A stretch of DNA of 64,000 nucleotides from an uncultured bacterium (GTDB taxonomy: Bacteria > Latescibacterota > MWCZ01 > CAZVGZ01), in the NCBI GenBank assembly GCA_964627605.1, contig CAZVGZ010000009.1:31533-95532 (forward strand). Direction: 5' to 3'. Position numbers and translations under genes: made by a program. Position 1 is the first letter of the stretch. Each line of letters begins with the position of its first letter. This document shows positions 48,653-58,029 of this stretch, piece by piece. The notes below the pieces were generated by a model, which searched no databases, was not told the origin of the DNA, and worked only from the letters and a program-made list of their open reading frames with translations.

Positions 48653-49890
48653 CCGTTGTCGCCCTGGGGCACCAGCCCCCACTTCCTTAGACTCGACAGA
48701 GTTTTTGCCACCGGGTCACCCGCTGAGTGTTTGGGCAACAACCGTGTCGCAGCTTTACTAGCACGCTCAATAGCCCCAGCGATTGAACACTCGTCGCCAT
48801 CAACCCGCCAGATCCGCCCGTCGGAGAGAAGATCGTCGGCGTCAGGCTGCCCAAAGTGAGGTCCAACGATCACCGGTCTTCCTGTAGCAGCCGCCTCATA
48901 TGGGTTGTGGCCGCCACGACGCGAGCAAAATGTACCGCCGAGAACAGTCGCGTCAGCCGCCGCGTAGGCGCGCTTCAGGTCGCCCATTGTATCCAACACC
49001 AAGACCTGTCCGGTATCAAGTGTCTCTCCAGCGGTACGCCTGAGCGGATCAAACCCCATCTGTTTCAGACGTCTCAATGTATACAGTACGTCGCATCCCT
49101 TTCTAGGAGCAACGATTGCCACAGAGTGCTCGCACTGCGACATCCACCGTTTGACACCCGCTGAGACCACATCGACCTCTGATCTTCGTGTGGAACCACA
49201 CACGACCAGCCGACAACCATCAACAACTCCAAACTCCTGTCGCGCCGCTGTTCGGTCGTGGGGCGGTTGCGCTGCCCTCTTGAGACAGCCGGTGATGGCG
49301 ATCCGGTCAAATGGCACGCCTAAAGCTTCGAAACGTTCGGCTTGACACTCATCTTTGGCGCAAGTGTATATGCGCCGCCACATTTCTTCTGACGCACTCG
49401 GCAGAAACTTGGAATGCCACCTAAGTGAGTGTGGCGAAAGACGCCCACTCACAATCGCCAGCGGCACATCTCTAGCCGCTGCCGCCATCAACAGCCCAGG
49501 CCACAACTCTGTCTCGCTCACCACAATAGACTGCGGCATCATCTGTGCCAACGTGCGTCGCCAAAGCGGCGGCCAATCCACCTGCAATATCCCTATCGCG
49601 CAGTGACCCTCCAGCCGCGCACGCCACATCTCGAGCCCGGCTTCGGTGGTCGAAGTGAGCGCCGCAACAGACCCAGCCGCGCCAACCAGCGACACCAACC
49701 CTTCGACTTCGCCTGCCGACGCACCATGCCACCAGACACCACCGCCTTGGGAGGAGACGATCTGCTGCGGCCAAAACCTGTCCCGCCACGATTTTCGAAG
49801 CAGCGACACCGGCGCCATACCAGCAACAAAAGGTGCGGTCATGGCTGTGTAGGCCATCTCAGCTACAGTTGTTCTCATGCCTGACACCAC
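48649..49890 (-). CDS. waaA: 3-deoxy-D-manno-octulosonic acid (Kdo) transferase
   Basis: 'VWWHGASAGEVEGL', C-terminal 'GGHNPYEAAATGRPVIVGPH'. 413 aa, upstream of and coupled to lpxK. Confidence 0.85.
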   Translation of the reverse strand: MVSGMRTTVAEMAYTAMTAPFVAGMAPVSLLRKSWRDRFWPQQIVSSQGGGVWWHGASAGEVEGLVSLVGAAGSVAALTSTTEAGLEMWRARLEGHCAIGILQVDWPPLWRRTLAQMMPQSIVVSETELWPGLLMAAAARDVPLAIVSGRLSPHSLRWHSKFLPSASEEMWRRIYTCAKDECQAERFEALGVPFDRIAITGCLKRAAQPPHDRTAARQEFGVVDGCRLVVCGSTRRSEVDVVSAGVKRWMSQCEHSVAIVAPRKGCDVLYTLRRLKQMGFDPLRRTAGETLDTGQVLVLDTMGDLKRAYAAADATVLGGTFCSRRGGHNPYEAAATGRPVIVGPHFGQPDADDLLSDGRIWRVDGDECSIAGAIERASKAATRLLPKHSAGDPVAKTLSSLRKWGLVPQGDNG

Positions 49891-50049
49891 ACCCTATTTG
49901 AGATTGGCGGCGACAGAGTCGGTTGCACGTTGAGACCGCACAAAATGTACGAAATTGCTTGCGGCTGATCGACCTGGGACTCGTGATGTGAGGACCTCCG
50001 CGTCAACGAATACCAGAATCCGGCTAAGAAAGAGCGGATAGTCGGCTTG

Positions 50050-50058
50050 TTGATATAA
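50050..50058 (+). promoter_or_regulatory. candidate extended -10 promoter element
   Basis: TGATATAAT (TGn + TATAAT) in the 440-bp divergent intergenic region between waaA and the transglycosylase gene. There is no good -35. Confidence 0.3.
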
Positions 50059-50328
50059 TCACTTTTCGCTAGCTTTGGTTAGGGAGAAAAGGGAGAGTGA
50101 CTACCTGCTGCTGCGCCTAGGGCGGCCACGGGTGCGCGCCATGCTGCACTGCGGGAGAGCGATGCCGAAAAAAGATCCTTGTAGTCGAAGACAAACCTGA
50201 TGTCATGTTCGTGCTGATGATAGGCACCTATCGCTGTATCTCTGGCCTGGAGCCTGAGTTACTCACATCCATTTAGCAGGAGGTTACCTGCCATCGTTGT
50301 CGCTAAACACTTTACCGTACAATCTGGC

Positions 50329-51927
50329 GTGAAACTGGTCGCTCTCAGCGCGGTGCTGATGGTGGCCTGTACAGCCAATCGTCCAGCTCCGACAGTCGCT
50401 TACGACCCACCACCTGCTCCAGCATCAGTACCGGACCCACCAGCGTTGACACTGGTGCCGGATGTAACTGTCGAAGATACTGTGCAGCCGCTCGTCAAAG
50501 ATGAGATCCCCGCAACAAACGGTTGGTACGTCCCTAGCCTGTTCGATTCGGTCTACGCCCACTACACCCGTGCCAAGACCGCTCTCGATTCGGCGCAGGG
50601 GCATGTGGACATGGCGCTGACATTTCTTGACAGCATCGGCGAAGACAATCTCGGCGCGGAGTTGGCTCAGAATCGCGAGGAGCTTGTTGAGGAGCTGAGC
50701 CCACTAGTTCTGGCGCTCTCGATGATCCAGAGGCAGACAGCCTCTCCAGGTCGCGACGACGAGATTCAGCTTGTCGTCAACGAAGATGTCGAGTACGAGA
50801 TCAGAAGCTTCCAAAGACGCGAACGCAAATGGTTCATACGCTCATTTCGTCGGTCATCAAAGTTCATGCCGATCATTCGCGACGTATTCAAGGACCACGA
50901 GATTCCAGCGATGATGGCGTGGCTTCCGTTTATCGAGAGCGGATATAGCCAGGAGGCCAGATCTCATGCAGGCGCGCTGGGGATGTGGCAATTTATCCAG
51001 AGTACTGGGCACCGGTTCGGTCTGGCGAGGGATAACTATGTCGAAGAACGGATGCATGTTCGCCGCTCCACGGAAGCTGCTATCGGGTTTCTGACCTATC
51101 TCCACGAGATGTTTGGCGACTGGATGACAGCCTTGGCGGCGTATAACTGCGGCGAAGGCCGCGTGATGCGCACGATCAGGCGACAGCGGATAGCATATCT
51201 GGACAACTTCTGGGACCTCTACCGGCAGTTGCCCAGGGAGACCGCCAGATATGTCCCCAGATTCATCGCTGTTCAGCTCATTCTGAACGAACCAGCGAAA
51301 TATGGGTTCCATGAGTTGCTGAGCGGAGAGGGACAGTTACCCCCGGAGGAGATTGAAATCACCCGTTCGATCTCGCTTCGCACAATCGCTGCTGAGTTTC
51401 CTCACATCACCGAAGATGACTTGGCATCGCTCAACCCCGATCTGGTGAGCAGGGTGACCCCTCCGAGGAAGTATCAGCTCCTCGTGCCCCAAGGAACCAC
51501 AACGCGACTTACCGAGGTACTATCTCGGTTGGCAACAGAGACTCTGCCTCCACAACCACCGACGCTGGTCCACCGTGTCCGACGAGGCGAAACGCTTTCG
51601 CTTATAGCTGGTCGCTACCGCACGACAGTCAACGCCATCAGGCGTGAGAACCGCATACGCAACCCCAACCGTCTTCGCGTGGGTCAACGTCTGCGTGTTC
51701 CCACCGGCAGGGGATACAGGGCACCTTCGACATCGGCTCGCACACGGGCGGCTCGCGCTAGGGCCACCGCCACCCATGTTGTCCAAAAAGGGGAGACGCT
51801 ATGGTCGATATCTCTTCTGTATGGCATGTCGCTTACCGAATTGCGCCGCGCAAACAATATGCGCAGCAGAGCCTCGGCCATACAGCCTGGACAGCGTCTA
51901 AGAGTCCGCCCACGGGGAACATCATAG
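50329..51927 (+). CDS. MltD-like lytic murein transglycosylase lipoprotein with two C-terminal LysM domains
   Basis: Lipobox 'VLMVAC', SLT catalytic block 'AWLPFIESGYSQEARSHAGALGMWQF', and two LysM repeats ('HRVRRGETLSLIAGRY...VGQRLRVP' and 'HVVQKGETLWSISLLY...PGQRLRV'). Confidence 0.85.
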   Translation: MKLVALSAVLMVACTANRPAPTVAYDPPPAPASVPDPPALTLVPDVTVEDTVQPLVKDEIPATNGWYVPSLFDSVYAHYTRAKTALDSAQGHVDMALTFLDSIGEDNLGAELAQNREELVEELSPLVLALSMIQRQTASPGRDDEIQLVVNEDVEYEIRSFQRRERKWFIRSFRRSSKFMPIIRDVFKDHEIPAMMAWLPFIESGYSQEARSHAGALGMWQFIQSTGHRFGLARDNYVEERMHVRRSTEAAIGFLTYLHEMFGDWMTALAAYNCGEGRVMRTIRRQRIAYLDNFWDLYRQLPRETARYVPRFIAVQLILNEPAKYGFHELLSGEGQLPPEEIEITRSISLRTIAAEFPHITEDDLASLNPDLVSRVTPPRKYQLLVPQGTTTRLTEVLSRLATETLPPQPPTLVHRVRRGETLSLIAGRYRTTVNAIRRENRIRNPNRLRVGQRLRVPTGRGYRAPSTSARTRAARARATATHVVQKGETLWSISLLYGMSLTELRRANNMRSRASAIQPGQRLRVRPRGTS

Positions 51928-51951
51928 CGGTCATCACCAACAGCGCAACTT

Positions 51952-51996
51952 GAGCGAATCTGCCAACAATGGCTCATCATTCTGGCAGATTCGCTC
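51952..51996. repeat. perfect 14-bp inverted repeat (hairpin)
   Basis: GAGCGAATCTGCCA (51952-51965), a 17-nt loop, then TGGCAGATTCGCTC (51983-51996). It sits 25 nt after the transglycosylase stop. No U-tract follows. Confidence 0.8.
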
Positions 51997-52145
51997 GAAC
52001 TGCACCGGCCTACCTTCCAAACTTCCGCACCAAAACAACCAGAGCGTGGGCAAAACCGGGCACCAGCCGTTCATCTATTTCCAGTTCTGAGTACCCTTGC
52101 CCGCTGCTCGCCTGGGGATACCTTTCTACCCTAGGAGGACATCCC

Positions 52146-52478
52146 ATGTGCAACTACTGCCTACGCAACGAGGACATCGCCGACCTGGAGACAAGGCACG
52201 ACGTCTGATGGTGCGAGAGGTGCCGCCGCTACATCGATCGCGATGAGATCAGGTGCCCAAACTGCGCTAATAAACGGAAGACGGTTGGCAAAATCGATCA
52301 CCGCTCGCAGCAGGACCAAAACAGCGTAACCAAAGCGTCTCGTATCCGCGACATAGCCGTCTCCCTTTGTTTTTTGGTGATGCCACAACACATTAGAGTG
52401 CGGGGCGGTTGTAACCGCTGTACAACCCCAAACAGAACACACACGTCTGTGCGCGGTCGTCGACAATCAATCCACTGA
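52146..52478 (+). pseudogene. small zinc-ribbon-like ORF interrupted by in-frame TGA
   Basis: AGGAGG (52133-52138) lies 7 nt before the ATG at 52146. Translation: MCNYCLRNEDIADLETRHDV*, with the TGA at 52206. The same frame continues WCERCRRYIDRDEIRCPNCANKRK... to a TGA at 52476. There are three CxxC pairs in total. Confidence 0.3.
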
Positions 52479-52496
52479 TTGGAACGGAGAATCACC

Positions 52497-53126
52497 GTGA
52501 GCGATTTTGTACTGAACCTTCTGTGCCTTGGGTGCGTTGTTTGGATGGTGGTTAGGGGATGGCAGAGCGGGCTTATCAGATCGGTGGCCGGGCTGTTAGG
52601 GATCGCCGTGGGCGTGTGGGTGGCAACGCGCTATGGCCTTCGCATCGACAGCTACCTTCAAGAGCTGCTCCCGATAAGCGATCGTGTCGTCTCTTCGCTG
52701 AGCTTCGTCGTCGCGATCGCTCTGGGTGTTTTCGCGTTGCGGCTGGGTGGCAACTTTCTCTACAGCGTGCTTCAAGCGACGCCGTTCGGCCTTTTGGATA
52801 CTGTAGGTGGGGCGACGGCGGGCTTTATCAAATCGCTAATCGTAATAGGGCTCTTGACCCTGGCTTTGAGGGTTATTCCGCTGCCTGCCGAGTGGAACAA
52901 CGCCGCCCGCGACTCGACCGCCATGGAGATATCTGGATCGGCGTGGGGATCTGTAGTCGAAACAGTCGAGCCCTACCTGCCCACACAGGCCCAACTCTAC
53001 GTAAAAGAGTTGCGCGAAAAAGCCGAACGCAAGTGGAGCGACGCCCAAGAGATGATGGACGAACTCCCTGACCTGGATGATATACCACTACTGCCTGACA
53101 TTCCAGACCCGCCAGAATATGATTGA
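52497..53126 (+). CDS. CvpA-family membrane protein
   Basis: Four hydrophobic helices and the classic position directly upstream of mutS2, overlapping it by 8 nt. GTG at 52497 is preferred over the track TTG at 52479. Confidence 0.6.
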   Translation: MSDFVLNLLCLGCVVWMVVRGWQSGLIRSVAGLLGIAVGVWVATRYGLRIDSYLQELLPISDRVVSSLSFVVAIALGVFALRLGGNFLYSVLQATPFGLLDTVGGATAGFIKSLIVIGLLTLALRVIPLPAEWNNAARDSTAMEISGSAWGSVVETVEPYLPTQAQLYVKELREKAERKWSDAQEMMDELPDLDDIPLLPDIPDPPEYD

Positions 53127-55479
53127 CGCCCACACTCTCGAGACACTCGACTACCCCCAGGTCAGGGACCGGATCGCCAAGCTCGCTCTGTCAGCCCTCG
53201 GCGGCGAGCAGGTGTCGTCCAGCGTCCCGATGACCGATCTGAGAGAGATCAAGCGCGAGCTTGCCCTCGCCTCTGAAATGGTCTGGTCGTTCAGTGAAGA
53301 CGACGGGATCCCCATGGCGGGGATCAAGGATTTTAGGGAGGCGATCAGACAGGCGGCGCTGGAGGGGGCGATGGCTGAACCGGCACCACTTCTGGACCTG
53401 GCCTCGACATTGGGAGTCGTGGCCAAACTCGCAAGATGGATCGCAAAACGAAGCGGATCAATCCCGGGCGTATCGGACATCGCTGCGGCGCTGGAGCCGT
53501 GCGAAGAGCTGGCGAAAAACATCAACAGAGTGATCGATGAAGCCACTGGTGAGATAAAGGATTCCGCGTCTTCAGAGCTATCCCGCCTTCGGCGCGACAT
53601 CGACAAAGGGACTTCAGCGCTCCGTAAGCAGGCCGAGTCCGCCATGCGAAGCCTCGGCGATCAGGTGTTGTCCGAACCGCTTGTAACCGTCCGCGACGGG
53701 CGGCTGGTTCTACCGGTCAAAACCCAACGTCAATCGTCAGTGCCCGGCATCGTGCATGACCAGTCTGCAAGCGGCCAAACCCTCTATGTGGAGCCGTTGG
53801 CGTGTGTGGAAGCGGCAAACCACGTGCGCTCACTTGAGACAAGCGAGAGAAAAGAAGTCGAGCGGCTTCTAAGAGAGCTGACGAATGAGGTCCACACCAA
53901 CCTTCCGCGCCTCAAATCAGATGTCGAGGCGCTTAGCATCTTGGACAGGCTCTACGCCGTTGCGTCTTCCGCCCGCCAGACAGACGCCAGTGTACCGGAA
54001 ATGGTCGAGTCAGGTTCGTTGGTGATACTTGCTGGACGCCACCCGATCCTCATCGCGAAAGCAACAGACGAAAAGCCGGTTATCCCGCTCGATTTCGCAC
54101 TGGAAAACCAGACTTCGACGGTAATAATCAGCGGCCCTAACGCTGGCGGGAAGACCGTCGCCCTAAAGACTATCGGTCTGGTGAGCTTAATGGCGCAGAC
54201 AGGGTGGCTGGTTCCGTGTGCAGACGGAACCAGACTGCCAGTGTTCAACCAGGTGTTCGCCGAGATCGGCGACGAGCAGTCGATTGAGGAAGACCTCTCC
54301 ACTTTTTCAGGGCGGATGCGGTCTCTAACCCGATTCAGCGCCGAGGCTAAAGACCGAACCCTGATTCTCGTCGACGAGATAGGCTCGGGCACCGATCCCG
54401 ATCAAGGAGCCGCACTGGCAAGAGCGCTTCTGGAGAGTTGGCACGCAGGCGGCGCACGAACGGTCGCCACCACCCATCTAGGTTCGCTGAAAGCGTTTGC
54501 CCATGAGAGCAGTTGGGCGGACAACGGTTCGATGGAGTTCGATGGCGAGGCATTTGCGCCAACATTCCGCTATCACCATGGGCTCCCTGGTTCGAGCTAT
54601 GCACTTGAGATATCGAAGCGGGTCGGCCTCAAGGACGAGGTTCTCCTGAGATCTGAGGAGCTCCTGGGAGATGAGACACTCACCGCCGAATCCCTTATCT
54701 CCGACCTGTCAACCAGACTCGAAGCGGTAAACAGACAGGCCGCAGACTTGGACAGCCGCGAGCAGGTCTTGGAAATCAATGAAAAGGAGTATAGCGAGCG
54801 TTTTTCCGACATCAAAGAAACAGCGCGACGCAGGCGTCAGGAAGCCGGTCAAGAGGCCGCTGACATCCTAAAAAACTCCCGCGCTCTTGTAGAAAAAACT
54901 GTGGCGGAGATAAAATCAAAGGACGCCTCGACCAAGAGCATCAGGGATGCCAAAGCCGTTATTGAGTACGCCCGGCAGGCAGCCTCCAAAACAGCCGAAG
55001 ACGCCAAACTCACCGTCGCTGGCGATAGCGACCTTCAGATCCGCGACTGGGTACAGATAACGTCGATGAAGACCGGTGGGGAGCTGATGTCTATCGACTC
55101 TGAACGAAAACGTGGGGCTGTTCAGACGAAAAATTCGCGCCTGGATGTTGACCTGAGCGATCTGACCAAAACCTCGCGCCCAAAAGAGAAACGCCGAACC
55201 AACAGCCCGCACAGCTCTGCGGCAGACCAGGCATCGATGGATGTTGATCTGAGGGGGATGACGTTTGCGGAGGCGTGGCCGGTGATGGAGCGGTTCTTGG
55301 ACGACGCCTATCTGGCGGGACTGCCGTCGGTAAGGGTGATTCACGGCAAGGGTACTGGAGCGCTGCGCCAGCAGATTGTCGACGAGCTAGGCTCCCACCC
55401 GCACGTAAAAAACCACAAGACAGCCCCGTTGGATCAAGGCGGAGCTGGAGTCACGTTGGTGGAGCTGGAGTCATCGTGA
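53119..55479 (+). CDS. mutS2: endonuclease MutS2 (MutS domain + C-terminal Smr)
   Basis: Walker A 'ISGPNAGGKTVALKT', 'LVDEIGSGTDP', 'ATTH', and the Smr domain 'VDLRGMTFAEA...VRVIHGKGTGALR'. The start is at the ATG at 53119 (MIDAHTLETLDYP...). Confidence 0.92.
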   Translation: MIDAHTLETLDYPQVRDRIAKLALSALGGEQVSSSVPMTDLREIKRELALASEMVWSFSEDDGIPMAGIKDFREAIRQAALEGAMAEPAPLLDLASTLGVVAKLARWIAKRSGSIPGVSDIAAALEPCEELAKNINRVIDEATGEIKDSASSELSRLRRDIDKGTSALRKQAESAMRSLGDQVLSEPLVTVRDGRLVLPVKTQRQSSVPGIVHDQSASGQTLYVEPLACVEAANHVRSLETSERKEVERLLRELTNEVHTNLPRLKSDVEALSILDRLYAVASSARQTDASVPEMVESGSLVILAGRHPILIAKATDEKPVIPLDFALENQTSTVIISGPNAGGKTVALKTIGLVSLMAQTGWLVPCADGTRLPVFNQVFAEIGDEQSIEEDLSTFSGRMRSLTRFSAEAKDRTLILVDEIGSGTDPDQGAALARALLESWHAGGARTVATTHLGSLKAFAHESSWADNGSMEFDGEAFAPTFRYHHGLPGSSYALEISKRVGLKDEVLLRSEELLGDETLTAESLISDLSTRLEAVNRQAADLDSREQVLEINEKEYSERFSDIKETARRRRQEAGQEAADILKNSRALVEKTVAEIKSKDASTKSIRDAKAVIEYARQAASKTAEDAKLTVAGDSDLQIRDWVQITSMKTGGELMSIDSERKRGAVQTKNSRLDVDLSDLTKTSRPKEKRRTNSPHSSAADQASMDVDLRGMTFAEAWPVMERFLDDAYLAGLPSVRVIHGKGTGALRQQIVDELGSHPHVKNHKTAPLDQGGAGVTLVELESS

Positions 55480-55605
55480 CAAAATCGACCGACGTTGCGA
55501 CATTATTACACCTCCCTGCGTCCTTGACCACCTGATGTAGGCACAATGGGATTTGGGGTTATGGGAGTGTGGAACACGCCGTATCAAAGTGATGTACATG
55601 GGCAT

Positions 55606-56982
55606 CTATCCGGCTGACTCCCTACGCCGTTTCGCCTGATCCGCTTTGGCAACTGCATCAGTTTTTTCAGGATCGACAACCGCCAAAAGCTCAGTGTGCA
55701 GGTCATCGAGCAGTGACGCCATCTCCGGTGCGCCAGCGAGGTTGTTGAACTCGCCTGGATCGTTGGGCAGATCGTACAGCACATGGCTCTCGTAGCCTTG
55801 GTGGTGGATGTATTTGAGCGCTCCTTTGCGAATCATATACATCGCCCCGGTAGTCCCGTGGGCGTGGTACTCGCTAAATCCGACGCGCTCCTCTGCAGCC
55901 CCGCCTATCAACCTCAGCACGCTCTGTCCAGGCAGTCCCGATGGGAGTTGAGCACCCACCAGATCGGCGATAGTTGGCAGCAGGTCCACCAGCGTGACGG
56001 TCTCACGGACGCGCTCGTTCTGAGGTAACTCAACAGGCCATGAGATGATCCACGGCACAGCCACAGACTCCTCGTACATCGAACATTTCCACCACATGCC
56101 GTGCGCCCCGGCCATCTCGCCGTGATCGCTGGTGTAGATGATCACAGTGTCATCCGCGAAACTGCTCGATTCGACCTTTTCGACCACCTCTCCCACCATG
56201 TCGTCAAAATAGTCTATCAATCCCAGGTAGGCTCCCCGACACCTTAACACCTCTTCCTCTGTCGGGGGGTTATCGAGATCAAAATGTCGCCGAACGAGCT
56301 GCGAGGCCGGATGCAACCGATTAAGATGCCCGTCTGGTATAACCGGAGGTCTTACACGGTTTGGGAAGTACCGACTAAAGTACGGTTCTGGGACCAGAAG
56401 CGGGAAATGCGGCGAGACATAGGACGCCACCAGTAGCCAGGGCTGATCGGGCGCATTTTTCTCTTTCTCGTCAAGCGTCTTGAGGACCGCACTGTGGGCC
56501 GGACGATCCATCGACACCGGCCCCCTGTCCCCAACGCCAGCTTCTGATATCCTCCCACGGTTCCCAGGTTTGGGCTCGATATGCTCCCGTTCAGGGGCGC
56601 TGATAGTGGTACCGTGAGGCTCAGGGGTCCGCCGCTCATCAAATCCGTGGAGCTGATCGTCTCCCACCCAGTGCATTTTGCCGCAAACTATCGTCTGGTA
56701 ACCCACACCACCGAGCACATGTCCCAAGGTTTCGACGTCGGAACCGATGGGCGCTCCATTGTCCCACGTGCCGATCTGGTGTATGTATCTACCAGTGGCG
56801 AACGACGCCCGTGAAGGCACACACAGCGGGCTGTTGCAGTATGCCGAGTCAAACGTCACGCCACGTTCAGCCAACCTGTCCAGATTGGGAGTCTCCACCT
56901 CAGCATGCCCGTAGCAACCGGTCATGTCGCGCTGGTGCTCGTCTGAGACGATCAACACCACATTCGGGGGCCGTTTGGCCAT
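55606..56982 (-). CDS. sulfatase (formylglycine-dependent, Cys-type)
   Basis: 'PNVVLIVSDEHQ', FGly motif 'SPLCVPSRASFATGRY', 'YTSDHGEM'. No signal peptide. Confidence 0.88.
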   Translation of the reverse strand: MAKRPPNVVLIVSDEHQRDMTGCYGHAEVETPNLDRLAERGVTFDSAYCNSPLCVPSRASFATGRYIHQIGTWDNGAPIGSDVETLGHVLGGVGYQTIVCGKMHWVGDDQLHGFDERRTPEPHGTTISAPEREHIEPKPGNRGRISEAGVGDRGPVSMDRPAHSAVLKTLDEKEKNAPDQPWLLVASYVSPHFPLLVPEPYFSRYFPNRVRPPVIPDGHLNRLHPASQLVRRHFDLDNPPTEEEVLRCRGAYLGLIDYFDDMVGEVVEKVESSSFADDTVIIYTSDHGEMAGAHGMWWKCSMYEESVAVPWIISWPVELPQNERVRETVTLVDLLPTIADLVGAQLPSGLPGQSVLRLIGGAAEERVGFSEYHAHGTTGAMYMIRKGALKYIHHQGYESHVLYDLPNDPGEFNNLAGAPEMASLLDDLHTELLAVVDPEKTDAVAKADQAKRRRESAG

Positions 56983-57177
56983 TTTGATTCTACCTTTCGC
57001 CAGAGCCTCAGTTTTCGCGGTTCTGCAAACCGCGATACCATCCGGTTTGGAGCGTCACTCCAACATAGCGACGCACCAGGGTCGGCGCAACAGTGACGGT
57101 GACATAATGTCAGCAAAATGTACCCCTTGTCTGCCTGCAGTTGAAGCCACCCCTGTAGAAACGTCAGTCAACTGCTA

Positions 57178-58026
57178 TTGGCATTGGCTTTGCATTCGCA
57201 CCAGAGTGTCAGATATGGCCGCAGATGCGCAGGACATCGTCAAGTGAATGAACCGGTGGAGGTGTTGGATGCAGCGGTGGACACGCTCCCGCTCGAACCG
57301 GTGTCCGCACCACGATTGGCAGGTCTGATAGCGGTCGCCACCGGTTTCGGCTCTGCAGCAGCGCTCTTCGGTGGGCCGATTTTGGTGTTGGCGAACATGG
57401 TTGCCTTGGGATCGTTCAGCGTTGTAGGTGTGGTGGCGTTTTTCAGCGGCAATCTGCGCGAAGAGAAGGACAGCCTGGGGTTGGCGAGAGTTGGGCAGGC
57501 GACAGTGGGAATGTGGCTCGCAGTCGCGGTGATAGCCTACACCTGGTTTCGGTGGGGCAGTTCACCGCCGCAAACGCTTGGTGACGCCGCATCGAACGCA
57601 GCGATCGCAGCCACCATCGCGGTCTGGTGGATAGGGGTTTTTGTCACGGTACGGCGGGCGGTGGTGCAGCAGACCCCGCTAGTCTGGTCAGGCAGACTTG
57701 GAGCGATGCTATCTTCCGGAGCTTTGGCAGCGTTGTTGAGCCTGTTGGGAACCGCCTGGATAGCTCAGTGGGCCGATGGGCGGCAGCTTGTTGCGATGGC
57801 GGAGACAGTCACCGAACAGAGAACCACCATCGGACATTGGCCCGATACATTGCGGCAGATGCCAGACTCCTATCTGGCACGAGGGCGAATCTGGTATGCC
57901 AACGACGACAGCACAGTTGGAGTCAGCTACCAGATGGGTCTATGGGAGACCGACATTGTTTTCAAGATACCCAACAGGGGATGGGCGCGACAATCCAGGC
58001 ATCGCCGGGCAATTGAGGAGGAGTAG
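57178..58026 (+). CDS. hypothetical polytopic membrane protein
   Basis: Five or six hydrophobic helices. The start is uncertain (TTG at 57178 or GTG at 57244). It ends 3 nt before the next gene. Confidence 0.5.
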   Translation: MALALHSHQSVRYGRRCAGHRQVNEPVEVLDAAVDTLPLEPVSAPRLAGLIAVATGFGSAAALFGGPILVLANMVALGSFSVVGVVAFFSGNLREEKDSLGLARVGQATVGMWLAVAVIAYTWFRWGSSPPQTLGDAASNAAIAATIAVWWIGVFVTVRRAVVQQTPLVWSGRLGAMLSSGALAALLSLLGTAWIAQWADGRQLVAMAETVTEQRTTIGHWPDTLRQMPDSYLARGRIWYANDDSTVGVSYQMGLWETDIVFKIPNRGWARQSRHRRAIEEE

Positions 58027-58029
58027 CAG

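Noticed and set aside
50162-50276. Response-regulator-like start 'KKILVVEDKPDV' behind an ATG and an A6 run in the waaA/mltD intergenic region
   Set aside because: The match is only about 12 residues and needs one A removed from the homopolymer (50068-50073 is not it; the run is 50168-50173). The following 25 codons do not look like a receiver domain. It is too short to separate from chance, so I note it only as another possible remnant.
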